Shown piece by piece: positions 13,927 through 27,059 of a stretch of DNA of 64,000 nucleotides. The stretch is taken from assembly GCA_002633005.1 (NCBI GenBank), contig NMRA01000234.1:1-64000 (forward strand), read 5' to 3'. The stretch is from Phoronis australis (taxonomy: Eukaryota; Animalia; Phoronida). A program made the position numbers and the translations under genes. The stretch's first letter is position 1, and the number at the start of each line of letters is the position of its first letter. The notes under the pieces are model-generated. The model made no database searches. It was not told the DNA's origin and saw only the letters and a list, made by a program, of their open reading frames with translations.

Positions 13927-15180
13927 GTAAGTATTAGTTTATATGGCAAAGATGGACTTGTTTTGTCTTAAAATATCTCTTGTTGGGCTTTTTTATTGCC
14001 CATCTTACCAGAGATTATCCTTTTTTATTACTTGTTTATTCACTATCTATTACTTGTAATTGTATTAGTCATAATAAATGACAGCATATCGCCTACCTCA
14101 GTCTCCTTTTCATCTCTGATAAGGAGCTTGTGATGCACCTATCATTATATAATACTAATACACAAAATGTACTGAGAGTGGCGTACATGCAGTAGTATCC
14201 CACAAGACATTATTCCGTCGAGTGGGATATTACTTCATGTACAGTAATCGAGGTACATTTTGTATTTATCCCATACGCTTCAAATTCCTAAGTTTCATTT
14301 TTTTGGCAGATTTTTTAAATACTTCACTCAGACTGTTCACGTGGCGGATCACATCCTATTGTATGTACTTGCACTTTAGCTTGCAAGTTTTCTCTAGTAA
14401 AAGAAACGGTTTTAAATGTAACAACTTATTACTTGAAAAGAGATAACAAAGATGAAAACAACAGTAACTGTGTTTTTAACTTGTAACATCTCCTAAAAAT
14501 AGTTAAATAACAACTTGCGATGTTTGATATTGTAGTTACCAAGGAATCGGTGCCTGAATTGCAGACGATATAATATTTAGCAATTGAAAACTGAGACAGA
14601 ACTGTCATATAATTAACAGTCCTGTTCCAGATGTTGCAATTGGGACTTGATTGCACGTTGAATGTTATTTACACTGTCTGCTGCAATTTATTACTTTTAA
14701 CTATTTTTGGAAAGTTCGATGATTGAGTTGGCTAACGACGTCGAGTCGACATTGACCTTCCTTTTGAACTTTCCATGTCAGAGATCACGGTTGAAGTAGT
14801 GCGGGAAGTGAATAGGGAAAACAAATTTATTACATGGCCTACTGTTTTAACGTGTATGGGATAATATTTGGGACATATGTTGTTCGTAAAATACTTTCTA
14901 AAATATTCAAAAGGTTTGCTGCATTGGTGCGAATGCAAGGGGCCCATTTTATCAAATATCATAAGTCCAGTTGCAGGTACATTTTGCGAAGGTGGCTTTT
15001 TTTGTGAGTGAGACATTGCTACTGATCTACATGTGATCTGGGCACACATTCAAGTTGAAAGCCGTCCTTCACAAAGCACTACTTAATTATATTGATTTAG
15101 TGTCTTCATTGAATCATGAGGAAGAAATCTTTAGCGGAAAATTGTAGACACGTGTAATGTGAGGTGTGCCATGGTATCAG

Positions 15181-15240
15181 GCTATGTTTTGCCATGTTTT
15201 GCCATGTTTTGCCATGTTTTGCCATGTTTTGCCATGTTTT
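15181..15240. repeat. 10-bp tandem repeat (gccatgtttt) x6
   Basis: directly abuts the exon 10 acceptor AG. Confidence 0.95.
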
Positions 15241-15242
15241 AG

Positions 15243-15411
15243 TTTGGCTTTGGATTGACCAAGAAATTTGATGGTGAACTTGACAAAGAAAAAACCAAGG
15301 CTTCCCTAACTGCGGTGTTGACCCCTGCATTGAAGGCCCAATGGCCGTCTGTACCAACCCTGCCATCTTATGTGAAGTGGATATTGCCAAACTCTATTGA
15401 AAAGTTTTTAG
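15243..15411 (+). CDS. Exon 10
   Basis: ttttag|...tttag|gtatgt; FGFGLTKKFDGELDKEKTKASLTAVLTPALKAQWP...EKFL, phase 0-1. Confidence 0.8.
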
Positions 15412-15524
15412 GTATGTGCCATGCAGTAACTTTAGTTAGAAACAAGTTTTCTTGCTTGATAATTCTAGTGCCTACTGTTTCTGGGAAGTGCAAAGTGCAC
15501 CACGCACTTGAATGACATTGTTCT

Positions 15525-16935
15525 TGTTTGCCTACGTATAGGTAATTATGTGGGTGCATAGTTCCGTCATATCTGTCAGAGCGTTCAGCATCCATCGCTA
15601 TATCTCTCAAACCCCTTTTACAGAATCTGCATAGAATTTGGCACATGTGTTTCTGTGGAGGTCTTGACAGAAGATGGTAACTTTCAGATAGAGCCTAGTA
15701 GTGCTGAGTCCCCTTCATCTTTGCCATTTGGTCCATCTGCCCAGCATCTGCATGCTGTATCTCCAACATTCTTTGATGTATGTTCATGAAATTTTACAGA
15801 TTCATTCATTTTATGGTTGGGATGACGTGCATGAATTTCTGTACGGTTCTCACTACCAGTGTGCCCCCTAGTGCCAATTTTATGTACTTACATTATTTTG
15901 CCTTTGTATCTTCAGAGTTCCTTCATGGAATTTTATGAAATTTGGCAAGTAGGTATCTATTAGAAAGAGTTTGCCAACTTCATGTTTTCAGATGGATTCA
16001 ACATATTTTGTGCCACCTAGTGGGCATTTTTACTGTTTTCGAGTTTTTATTGTTGCCTGCCCCTCTATAGGCCAAACCACTGTAAGGATTACAAAAATTG
16101 ACATAATGTATGTTCCTGCTAGGAAGAGGACGCCTGAAGATGACCGTGGGTCCTCCTAGTGCCAGTTTTATTTTTTGTGTCCATGGCTGTGTCTCCTAAA
16201 CCGTGTACTGGATTTTTGTTAAATTTGACTAGTATATTTATATAAAGGTGGTAACAGGTGACCACGACTTTTAGACAGATCCAACTACTGCTGCGCCCCC
16301 TAATGGCAATTTTATTTTTTCCATTACTTTCTATATCTGTTCGTAATAGTTCCTAGATGGATTTTTCTAAAATATGGCAAATAGATTGCTATAAGAGACT
16401 ATGACATCTTCCTGTTTTTTCTATGGATTTGATGTGCACGTCAGTAAGGGGCCTTGCCAGGATGATTATGAAAATTGGCGTATCATCTTCTTTCTGGGAA
16501 GGGGACGGCTGAAAACTGGTAAATGCGTTTCCACGGTGAAGAGCATGTTCAGTGATTTTTTGTTATGGTCTTGACTACTGTGGCATACCATATTGCCAGT
16601 TTGCTTTTTTGCATCTGCAGCTGTTTCTTCCTGCAATTTATCTTTATGAAATTTGACAAATGTTGTTATACGAATGTAACAACAGATGACTACGTTTGGT
16701 CAAATCTGACTACCACTGTGCTCCCTGTACCAGTTCAAAAAATAATGTTTACGGTCTTTGCAGGTATGTTCCCATTGAGGAGAGCATTACTGACGCACTC
16801 TGCGCCCCCTAGAGGCTTATTACTAGCATTGCTCTATTTAGTGGGAATCTTTGAAATAGTAAATCATCCCTTGTATCTGTGCTATATGGATGCACATGAT
16901 GGGCGCTGATCAACACTCCACACTGCTCTTGTATT
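15525..16935 (+). mobile_element. Degenerate HINE-family copy
   Basis: 5' tatgtgggtgcata..gtcatatctgtc, several cc(c/a/t)ctagtg cores, 3' gatgggcgc..caacactccacactgctcttgt. Confidence 0.7.
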
Positions 16936-17470
16936 TTTTACATTTGCCTCTGAATCTACTAAGTGCCTACATATACTACATATGTGGGTCAGACAGCAGC
17001 AATTAAATTACATAATTATATTTTTTCAAATTTTCTTTTTGAATGCCTACCAACTCCACCCCACTGGGATCCCCTCCTCCATACCACATGCGGCATCAAC
17101 ATTCGCATCCGCTGGAACCGTTTACCATCACACTCCTTTCGAAACCCAGGGGAAACACTGATTTCATGAATGAAATTTATCCATGTCCTTCTAATAAAGT
17201 TTACATCTTGGGTGTGTTAAGTTCCAAAATAGTACCATGCAAAGGCCCATTGGTATGGTCATTGGGACGGGGTCAGGTTGCTTGATGAGTTTTCAGATGA
17301 CCTCTGACCTGTTTTAGTGTAATGACCCTTATTGGAAGACATAGTGTTGCATTATGGGTGTACGCGGCAATATGAACATTCTTCATGTTCATTGTTCATC
17401 AAATGTCTCATGCACGATCCACTTACTGAACGCTGCTCATGGTTTATTGTTACTCTTTTACCAATTGTAG

Positions 17471-17711
17471 GTATTGGTAAAGCAAGACAGAGTGTATCCA
17501 TACTTCAGGCTAAAGTGTCTTCTCCATTTTTCGTGACCTTGTGGGCGGAGGCTTGCTCTACTCGATGCAAAGACCCAAAGAAACCACTCAGTATTGGCGT
17601 CAGAGGTGGGCTCAAGAGTGTCAATGGCAATCTTAATGTCAAAGCATTTGGCTACCAGAAGAACTTCAACTTTCTGCAGTATTCCAATGCCAAACTCATT
17701 GCCAGTGGCAG
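17471..17711 (+). CDS. Exon 11
   Basis: ttgtag|...ggcag|gtaatt; IGKARQSVSILQAKVSSPFFVTLWAEACSTRCKDP...LIASG, phase 1-2. Confidence 0.85.
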
Positions 17712-19448
17712 GTAATTTGTATGAAAGGTAGCAGTGGTGGTTCATTCTGAAAAATTGCTGCATTCATTTGTCGAAGAAATGAATGAAAGCTTACAACAGT
17801 TGTTCATGTTTGATTTTGTTTCCTTCAAAACGTATGAGTGCACGACCCAGCTAGACATGGAAAGGGACTGGTTATGGGTGAAATAGGGTCATTTGTTGTC
17901 ACCGAGGGAGAGATTAGTACAACAACGTTAAGAATATCACATTAACCTTAGAAATTTGGACACTAAAAATGCTAGTTAAGATAGTTTGGGGAGGCAGTGC
18001 AAGGATTAAAACAATTAAGTAGAACCAATTGACACTTGACTTAAACATTAGAACTAGATGAGACTTGGCTAGGTTGTCTGAACTAGATGAGACTTGCCAA
18101 ATTCTATGACACTTTTAATGGATACCACTGCATGATTAAATTCCCTTTGGATTATTCTTGTGAGAAAGTTAGTTTTTTGGACAGCCAAGTTTCGACCAGT
18201 CACTTTTCTACCAGATTTTACATGAAACCCTCTGATTACAATAGCTATCCCCCGTCTCCATAGCTCCCACCCATTCCATAGCCAATCTCTGAGATGTAAC
18301 CGCAGGGAGCATAGAGACGAAGCTCAAGGAAACTCATTTATAGGGTATATACTATTAACCTCATTGATGAATAAATCTCAAAAGCTACGAGTTATTGTCA
18401 CCTTCGTAGCAAATCCACCAAGTGAAAATAAATGGGAATACGCCTGTACCTCTGACAATCACTTATCTCCCACAAATTTCGCCCATAGCCAATCGTCTCC
18501 ATCCCATATTAACATCCTATTCCAAATTTGCCACTGTTTTCCCTGTACTGCCCATGCGGGCATTTAAACAGCCATGTCATGTAGGAAGTAGATTAACTTA
18601 CAGGAAAATGATACACCCTCTTGTAGTACTTTCAGTGTATGGGAGAGTAAGGGATTTTAAAAACAATATTTTTCAAAAGATCACCACTAGATTACCACAA
18701 AATTATGTCTTTCTAAAGTTATTCAGGATTGTTACCAAGTCATTTTTCTTTCTCAGATCCTACTATGCTCAATTTTGGAGCGTAACATGAAATGCTGGTC
18801 GTGATTTGCGAGGTCATCCACATTTTCTCGAAGTCTATCCAAGTCAATGATACGTACCATTAGTTGCCTCTTTATGCAAAGTAAAAGCAATTCGTTTGAA
18901 GTCTGAATACCATCATGATGATGATTGCAATATTATTACGAATTATTACTATCACCGATCATCCTGAAATCTGAGGGACAAAAGCTAAATACTATGAGCA
19001 ATCCAGCAGTTTTCACATACTTATGGCATATCAAGTGCTATTTTTGCTATTTACTGGTTAGTTTAAGATCAATCTGCATTATTATCTGGTCTCTAACGAG
19101 CACCTGTCCATGTAAAAAATTAACTTGTTACCAACAGAGTACGCATGTGGTACGCATGCTTGTCTCAAAACCGTGGACTCTGGTTTTAATATTGAGTACT
19201 TGCCAGGGTGGTGATGTGTGATAAATTGCCATCATGAGTAATTCTTAGCTCCTCCTTTCTAATTTTTTATGGCTGTGGCTGACGTGCTGTTGCTGTGACA
19301 ACATAACGGCCTAATTTGCAGCTGAGGCTGATTCTGAACGCGATCTCAATAGGCCTATCAAGAACTTTCCAGACATCAACAGGGTTCTAGTTTGTAATGT
19401 CTGTCACTAAGTGGTTCTGTTGTTCATTGTTGTCCATTATTACTCCAG

Positions 19449-19581
19449 TAAATGCATTGGTCAGCCTGTACCCTGCTGTATCTGTGATGATGGTAAACCA
19501 GGGTACATTGACCCTAAGACCAAGGAGTGTATGTGTGAGTGTTTCTGTGATCCACCTGCTAACACAGTCAAGAGTGTCAAG
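19449..19581 (+). CDS. Exon 12, Cys-rich (CXCXC)
   Basis: ctccag|...gtcaag|gtaggt; KCIGQPVPCCICDDGKPGYIDPKTKECMCECFCDPPANTVKSVK. Confidence 0.85.
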
Positions 19582-20042
19582 GTAGGTTGTGTGTAGAAAA
19601 TTGTTTGTCATATTAATATGGTTTCAGAAGATTTATTGACATCGTTCGACAGTTTAACTCGTAATGTTCGAAAGTCGCGTTATTAGTTGTTCCCAGTAAA
19701 GTTTCATTTGTAATAAGTGCTGGTATTCCCACTGCATGGCCAGAAATAAGGACAATGAGAACAGAACTTGGCTGGCCAGTGCGTTGTTGCCGAATTCAGC
19801 ATAGTCCTTGTCGGTTATTTTGCTAGCTGTAGAGATTCATTGTTGAAGGAAATAATTAACATAGAAAACAACTGTGCAAGATACCCAGGTTTCTGTTTGT
19901 TTACTAAATGCTTGCTTGCCCCTTTATGTTGTATTGTTTTGTGATAAAAGATGGTAGCGTAATGCACTGGTTTGTGCCAGACGTCCTCACAATGGATTCG
20001 TGCTTTTGTCTTGAGTTTATCACCATGATTCTGTTCTTTCAG

Positions 20043-20180
20043 ACAAAAACTGGTGAATGTGAGTGTGACAAATGTCCAGACGGGAGCCCCAAGGTGAAGA
20101 AACCGACGGGTGAACTGTGGTGTCCATGTGATTGTGTTGATGGCTCAGTTGGCGAGCAGAACCAAGATGGAACATGCAAT
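20043..20180 (+). CDS. Exon 13, Cys-rich
   Basis: tttcag|...tgcaat|gtatgt; TKTGECECDKCPDGSPKVKKPTGELWCPCDCVDGSVGEQNQDGTCN. Confidence 0.85.
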
Positions 20181-20309
20181 GTATGTCACTGTGGCCATTT
20201 TACTGGAATTGTTGAATTCACATTCATTGCAGGTTTTTGGGAATAATAGCAAGATCTGTGCCTGTCCTTTGTCAGACAAAGACGTGGCAGTGCAAACTAC
20301 TGAAAATTT

Positions 20310-21912
20310 TGAGTCACCCACATATTGATGTGTTGTTGCGTATGTATCATCGCTGTCTGGCATTCATCCATCTGGCGTTTGTGGCCGATTTGAGTTTCAG
20401 GCAAATTCGACTTCTGCAGTATGCCCTTGAGGCCATTTTGTCCTGTTTTCCAATTGGTTGCTCTCAAAAAACCCTGGTTGTATTTCGATGAAATTTTGTA
20501 GGGCATCACTAGGGTGATGGATGTCTCTTTTTATTTTCCGCTGCTTTAGGTTCAAGCGGTGAGGGTTTTCAGCATTTTTGATGAAGATTGACTCCTGAAG
20601 ATTTATTAAGAATTGACATAGACATATGTGACAACAATGCTGCACCAGTGGATCTTTTAGGACATTCAATCACTGCAGCACCCCTAGTGGCCATTTTGGT
20701 CACAACACCTGGGTTTTTCATGGTTCTTTTCTGGGAATTGAGCACTTCCAGATAATATCTAGAGAACCTATGTACAGAATGATTTTAATGAGTCTCGACA
20801 CAAAGGTATGTGACAACAATCTGCCAGAGCCATTTTCAGATGGATTTGGCTCTGCATCATTATCTAATGGCTGTTTGGTCTCATCAAGGGTCATTTCACT
20901 ATTTTTTAAGGAAGATTATTTCTAGGCGATGTCTAGAGTACCAATTGATGGATTTAACGAAACTTGGCAGAGAGGTTTGTGACAGCAGTGTGCCGGGATC
21001 ACATACTTTCTGGCTTTGTGCGACTGCTGTAGTGCTCCCTAGTAGCTATTTTGTTTTGTGTCTACATATTAATATGTGGGTGTACATTGCCGTCATCTCT
21101 GGGCATCCAGCTTCTGATGTCCGAGCGTTCAGAGTCCGCACCTGTATCTTCTAAAGCTCTCACAGGATTTTGATGAGATTTGGCAACTGTGTTCTTACGA
21201 AACTGTCAATGGATGACGAATATCGTACGGCTCCAACCACCGGTGTGCCCCCTAGTGGCAATTTAATTTTTTTTGCCCTTACCTTTGTATTTTCAAGGTT
21301 TTCAACGGATTTTTGTGAAATTTGGCACATAGGCATCAATCAGTGAAATGGTGGTTTATTTCCATTTTTGGATGGATTTGAGGTATTTTGCATGGCCATT
21401 TTTGCTGTTTTTGACTCTTTGGTGTCCGCCCTAAGGATGATATTGTGAAAAGTGGTGCTTCTTAGAGAGAGTTTTTTTGTGCCTATAGCTGTATCTCCTA
21501 AACCCACAGCATGATCTTGACGAAAGCTGTGTCCCTTAGTGGCAATTTCATTTTTTCCCGTTTTCTTCTGTTTCTCATATTTTGCACCAGAGCTGTATCT
21601 TCTAAATCCATTGCAGGATCTTTATCAAATTTAGCAAGTGTATTTTATATAAAGTTGACAGCAGACGACGACTACTTCTGAATTGATCAAATGAATAGCG
21701 TGCCTCCCCTAGTAGCTATTTCATTTTTTCCATTTTCCTTGATGGATTTTTCTGAAGTTTAATAAATAGCTTCCTATTAAAGAAACAGTGACATGTTCTG
21801 GTTTTCGGATGGATTCAACGTATTTTGCACCATATAGTGGCCATTTTTATGATAAACAACCCCAGAAGCACACCACTCATGAGCGCGTTTCAACGCTTCG
21901 TATTGCTCTTAT
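20310..21912 (+). mobile_element. Degenerate or nested HINE-family copies
   Basis: 5'-like motifs at ~20317 and ~21062, repeated ccctagtggc cores, 3' gagcgcgtttcaacgcttcgtattgctcttatt. Confidence 0.7.
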
Positions 21913-22334
21913 TTCGTCCTGTTTATTTGTATACTCGAGATCATAAAATCCCCTGCTTAAGACAACTGCCATTGTCCATTTTGGTCTTGACAAGGGGCTT
22001 TTGATGCGATCTTGCTTAACTTACGTCAGGAGTTAATTACACCTGCCATTTTAGTTTCTTCGTATGAAATTTTCAATCTTGCTTTGACTTCTGAAGGCTT
22101 GGTTGTGTAACAGGATTATTTCTCTTCAAAGATTTCAGTAAATTTGTTAACTGTTGATAGCATCTAGTTGTAAGCTGATAGAACCTAGTGTCCTTTTCAT
22201 ATCACTTGTGTCTAATATGAAAGTTTGTTCAGGAAACCACTTAATTATCATGATTACGTATTTTTCATTAGATTACATACCCTACCATTACATACCCTAC
22301 CGTTGTTGAACTACATCGATCCATTCAATTCCAG

Positions 22335-22465
22335 TGTGAATGTACATGTCTTGATGGCTCTAAAGATGTTTTGGACACGAATGGCGACTGCCCCTGCCGG
22401 TGCAAGTGTAAGAATTGTGAAGACTCCACTAAGGGTCCTGATGGCTGTATATGTCCTAATGACAT
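22335..22465 (+). CDS. Exon 14, Cys-rich
   Basis: ttccag|...gacat|gtaagt; CECTCLDGSKDVLDTNGDCPCRCKCKNCEDSTKGPDGCICPND. Confidence 0.85.
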
Positions 22466-24478
22466 GTAAGTATGAGAAACGTGTCTGTATGCAAAGGTCA
22501 CCTATTTGCAGATTTTTTTGTTTTCACATTTACGAATTGTCAACGAATACTGCACTTTGTTTAGCGTAGATGATGTTTAATAAGCATTTTCGGTTAGTTC
22601 CGGCTATACATTAGCGAAGTTAAGACCATGCAAATACATGTTTAAGGAGGTCCAGCATAGTTTGCTTTGAGGGTTTTGTTAATAATTAAAATACTGAATA
22701 ATAGGGTGTTACATCAAGTTTGACATTGACGTCATGCTTATCTTGGTAATATGTCAAATTTCATATTTATTTTTTTGTCGTCACCAAAACTTATTTCACA
22801 ATCCCAACAAGACAGCAGAGAAGTCGTCTAAAGGCAGCAGCATTTTAACGGTTATGATGAGATTGGCATGTCTCAAACTAAATCAAACTGGGACATAAAA
22901 AATAATGTTATAGAGTTTTGTCATAGAGTTGAAAGAATAAAATGGCAAGTATTGGAAATCGAGAAAAACGTTTACAATACGCTGACAAAAAATCAGTGAA
23001 TTGGAAAACGCTTTTAAAGCATAACATGACATTCAATGAAAGTGTCCTTTTCCAAGGAATTGGAATCATTGATTTACCCAATAGAGACCCTGATTTTTCA
23101 TTTTCAAAAACTGAGAAATCTATTTTAGCTAGGCATAAAATTCCATTTTCCATTTTGTAAATTAATAAATTCTTTTTGATTAATAGCATAAATATCACTG
23201 AATTATGTCTCATCTCCAGTTTACAATAACTTCCTACTCGCCGTGATTATTGTTCAATCTCCTAACTGGAAAGTGAACATCATCTTGAAAATGAACCAAT
23301 AACTACTGGAACATGTCAGCGGCAATATGACCATGGGATCAAGTGTGGCCATAATCATGGATTCTATTCTTAATTTTTCGTATTCAAAACCAAAGATATT
23401 AAAATATTATTGTACTTGTCTATCTACTTCTGAATAGTAGACTATAACCTGTGAATTTTGTGTAAATACTCGTAATTTCTACGTTTTGTATCCACCTATA
23501 AATTTCCAGCAAGTTTTTCTGCTTCTCTTTTGATGTGAATTTCGTAGCAACCAATTCCGTCAAAGAATGATGCAACCATTTTTGATGTTGGGCTTAGTAC
23601 GAATACAGCTTCATGGTTATCTTTGTGATATAGTAATGTGTGTGTTTGTTACTGTTCTCCTGTTGTTTATTTACTGTCCATGGAAAAAAACAGAAAGTGC
23701 GGCAAATGGGCCAGCGAAAGGCCCGTGTTATTGGTCTTACATTCATTTCCATTTAGGAAACACGAAAGACCGACGCAGTCTAGGTTCAATAGTGCGTTGG
23801 GCATTGCATTTGTTTAATGGATGTGAATGCAGAGTCAAGATGAGGGGCTGTTGTTGACAAATTCACATCACTTTCTGTTTTTCTTTGGACATTATAAACC
23901 AGTTGAACAGCAGTAGACACTAATAAATATACTATATCTAAAAATGATTAGGAATCTATATTCTTACTGCATCAAGCATGTTTACTTATTTAATAATTTC
24001 TTTCAAAGAGTTCAAATTTCATGAATTATGACCAGGGCTTCTAAATTGACCAGTAACACAAATTTATCATGTTAGGTAGCTGTAACAGAAAAACTCATTT
24101 GGTGACCTCTGTTTTGCAGATTTGTAGTAGGCAAAAACCAGAGCAGAAAACATAAATTCAATAATAGATTAAAACTGTGTTGAACTCCCTCTAGTAAAGA
24201 AGTTGCAAACAGCTTTCCAAGGGCAGTGGTGAATGTCAAAATCATCTAATACGGAAGGATTTTGTCCAGGGTTCTTATGGTGGTATTTGTCCAAGTGACA
24301 CCCAGCACTGTGTCAAAACGCTGTACGGAAGTTTTATTGAAGAACAATGGATCCTGAAAATTCTGTGTTTTAATCGTTCATCAATATTTCTCATATTATT
24401 GGATCGTAACATGTAACATCACGAGATAGTCATAATAAAGTGTAATGTTTGTTGAAATGGTTGCTATATCATTTTCAG

Positions 24479-24624
24479 CTGTCCTAAATGTAGGAAGGGC
24501 GTTCCCACGTGGTCCAACTGTGAATGCAAGTGTGTAGAGGAGTATGAGTGTGGTGTACCTCCAGCATGTAGCCCAGGGATGAAGGGACCCACTTGTAGCC
24601 AGCCTGATTGTTCTGCATGCAATA
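24479..24624 (+). CDS. Exon 15, Cys-rich
   Basis: tttcag|...aata|gtaagc; CPKCRKGVPTWSNCECKCVEEYECGVPPACSPGMKGPTCSQPDCSACN. Confidence 0.85.
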
Positions 24625-24734
24625 GTAAGCCATTACAAATTTCTTGTAAAAATTGATTTTAATTTGAAGTCGATAATCACATTAAAGAGGTACGTTACGC
24701 ATCCTCGCTGTGGAATGAGTGTCCTGACTGCGTG

Positions 24735-24934
24735 GTTGGCCAATGGGATACAGCAGTGTCCTTATCAGTTGACCAATGGGATACAGCAGTGTCCTTATCA
24801 GTTGGCCAATGGGATACAGCAGTGTCCTTATCAGTTGACCAATGGGATACAGCAGTGTTCTTATCAGTTGACCAATGGGATACAGCAGTGTCCTTATCAG
24901 TTGACCAATGGGATACAGCAGTGTCCTTATCAGT
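24735..24934. repeat. 33-bp minisatellite, ~6 copies (gttgaccaatgggatacagcagtgtccttatca)
   Basis: near-perfect tandem units. Confidence 0.95.
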
Positions 24935-25595
24935 TTGACAGTGGCAAACCAATGTTTACATAGTCCAGCTCTCTTATTGTCTGATTTCATCGGGTACTCT
25001 CGTAATCCAGCAATTATGTTTTAAACATCTCGCTTGACGCTAACTGATATTTAAAATTACTATTTGCAAATGACTCTTAACAAATGTCATGAAGCGGATG
25101 TATTTTGTATGTAATATTTTCACCAAAAAACTATGAAGGAAAATGGTTGACTTTTAGAGAAATTAGACTTAACTTTTACCTGTTGATTCCTTGTGTGACT
25201 GTAAGCTCCTACCAACTTAACCACACTATTGTGTACCAACACAAAAGGCGTGTGTGACAAGTTTAATCGAGCGCAATTCTAGATTGGATCGTGATAGTGG
25301 AAATTTCTTGGTTTTTACACTCCAGGAGAATGGTAGGTAATGATAAAAAACATTGTATGATGGCCCCATTAAGCTATTAAACTTTTCTGTGCCTAGTCAA
25401 ATGTATAATGTCAGAATTACACGGGATGGAAATGATTCCATGACATGGCTGTAATAAGCAGAGGGAAGGAGGGGTGAGTGTGTCCATCCAATAACTGTTA
25501 GCTTCCTATTGAGCCACAGTATGCTGTGGATTGGTGAAACAATGATTCTGGACCAACGGGCTTCCCACAGCATACATGACGTGTGCTCTCAACGT

Positions 25596-25866
25596 CCACA
25601 CCTGCCATGACCATGCCCCTTAACTCCACACTTGCCATTACCACGCCCCTTAACTCCACACCCGTCATATGACCTTGCCCCTTAACTCCACACCCGTCAT
25701 GACCGTGCCCTTAACTCCACTCTCGTTGTGACTGTGCCCTAAACTCCACACCCATCATATGACCATGGCCCTTAACTTCACACATACCAAGGCCTTGCCC
25801 TTAAACCCCATACTCATGAGGTGCCACTGAAGTGTCATGGTCATGCCATTGAACTCCACACATCCA
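25596..25866. repeat. ~30-bp degenerate minisatellite (gccccttaactccacacccgtcatgacc-like), ~8-9 copies
   Basis: recurrent gcccttaactccacac core. Confidence 0.85.
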
Positions 25867-26194
25867 TCAATAATCCCCATAAACAGGTACCATTTCCAAA
25901 TTCCAAACCTGAAACTCCCAGTAGAGAACATTCTGTAGTATTGGCTTGGTGCACAAAATATTTTTTATTAAATGTGCATTGAACACAATGGTATGTGAAA
26001 CAATCTGTTGGTACCAGTCCATTTTCAGATGAATTTGACTTCTGAAGTACCCCCTAGTTGCCATTTTGGCCTCTACCAGGGACTTCTTCAGTATTTTAAA
26101 TAGCTAATAATATTTTAATGAAACTTGACACAGAGCTATGTGATGGAAATGTGAATTGTCTGGCTGATCTATATTTTCTGTCCTCTATTAACAG

Positions 26195-26335
26195 ATTGCA
26201 ATGGTCATGGTTACTGTCGTCGTTCTGGTCGCTGCTCATCCTATTGCTCCTGTAGGTATGGTTGGTTAGGCAAATGTTGTTCAAGGAAGGATCCTCATTC
26301 TGGCAGTGGCGATCCGCACTTCGTCACTTTGGATG
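26195..26335 (+). CDS. Exon 16: EGF-like repeat and start of VWD (GDPH)
   Basis: taacag|...gatg|gtaagt; CNGHGYCRRSGRCSSYCSCRYGWLGKCC...SGSGDPHFVTLD. Confidence 0.9.
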
Positions 26336-26546
26336 GTAAGTTTTTAAACTATCACTGAGTTTCTGGTTTAACATGGCTGTACAGACTTGTTAATAAGGTC
26401 CTACATAACTATCCTTGGTCAACCCATGAATGTGTGATTAGAATCGTGTGACCTCCAGTTTTGGAGAAAGTGAAATTTTTGCATGATTTTCTAGGGAGCA
26501 TTTAGTGTTCTGGGAGTAGTTGGTCATTATTTGAACTCATTTATAG

Positions 26547-26730
26547 GTTGTCGTCATGACTTCATGGGAATTGGTGAATACTGGGATTGTGCCAGTGAGA
26601 AACTTGACCTGGGAGTACAAGTCAGGTTTTGGGGCCAAAGGTACGGTGTCTCTTTGACTGGAGGCATTGCAGTGAAAATTGGAGCTGATAAGTTCACCGT
26701 TATGTCATATAAAGGAGGAGCACGTGTCAG
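26547..26730 (+). CDS. Exon 17, VWD
   Basis: ttatag|...gtcag|gtgggt; CRHDFMGIGEYWDCASEKLDLGVQVRF...GGARV. Confidence 0.9.
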
Positions 26731-27059
26731 GTGGGTCTAAGACTTCCCCTACTGTGAGATACCGTAGATTCTGCAGCCTAACGAAAGCAAAAACTAAGGG
26801 ACATAATTTGCTTTTAGTTACTTAATGATTTGCTCATAAGAATACTTGTTAAACATTTAATGTTAAGCCCTGCCAACCTACTTGCAGATGAGGCAAGGAG
26901 TAAAAGGTTAACAGTGAGTGAATACAATCCTTATACGCATTTCATCAAGTGAACATTCATTTGTTGATTATGCAGAATTCTTACAAGCATTTTGGTTCAT
27001 GTGTGCTAAATTTAAAACTTGCTTCCTGGTGTTGTAGTGTTTATATGTATTTCTTTTAG

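Noticed and set aside
22908-23213. Overlapping 101-aa and 72-aa ORFs
   Set aside because: AT-rich, no recognisable motif or splice context; flanking exons 14 and 15 join without them.
24664-24990. Repetitive ORFs / CRISPR-like regular repeats
   Set aside because: Head-to-tail 33-bp units with no unique spacers, in a eukaryotic intron, with no cas genes.
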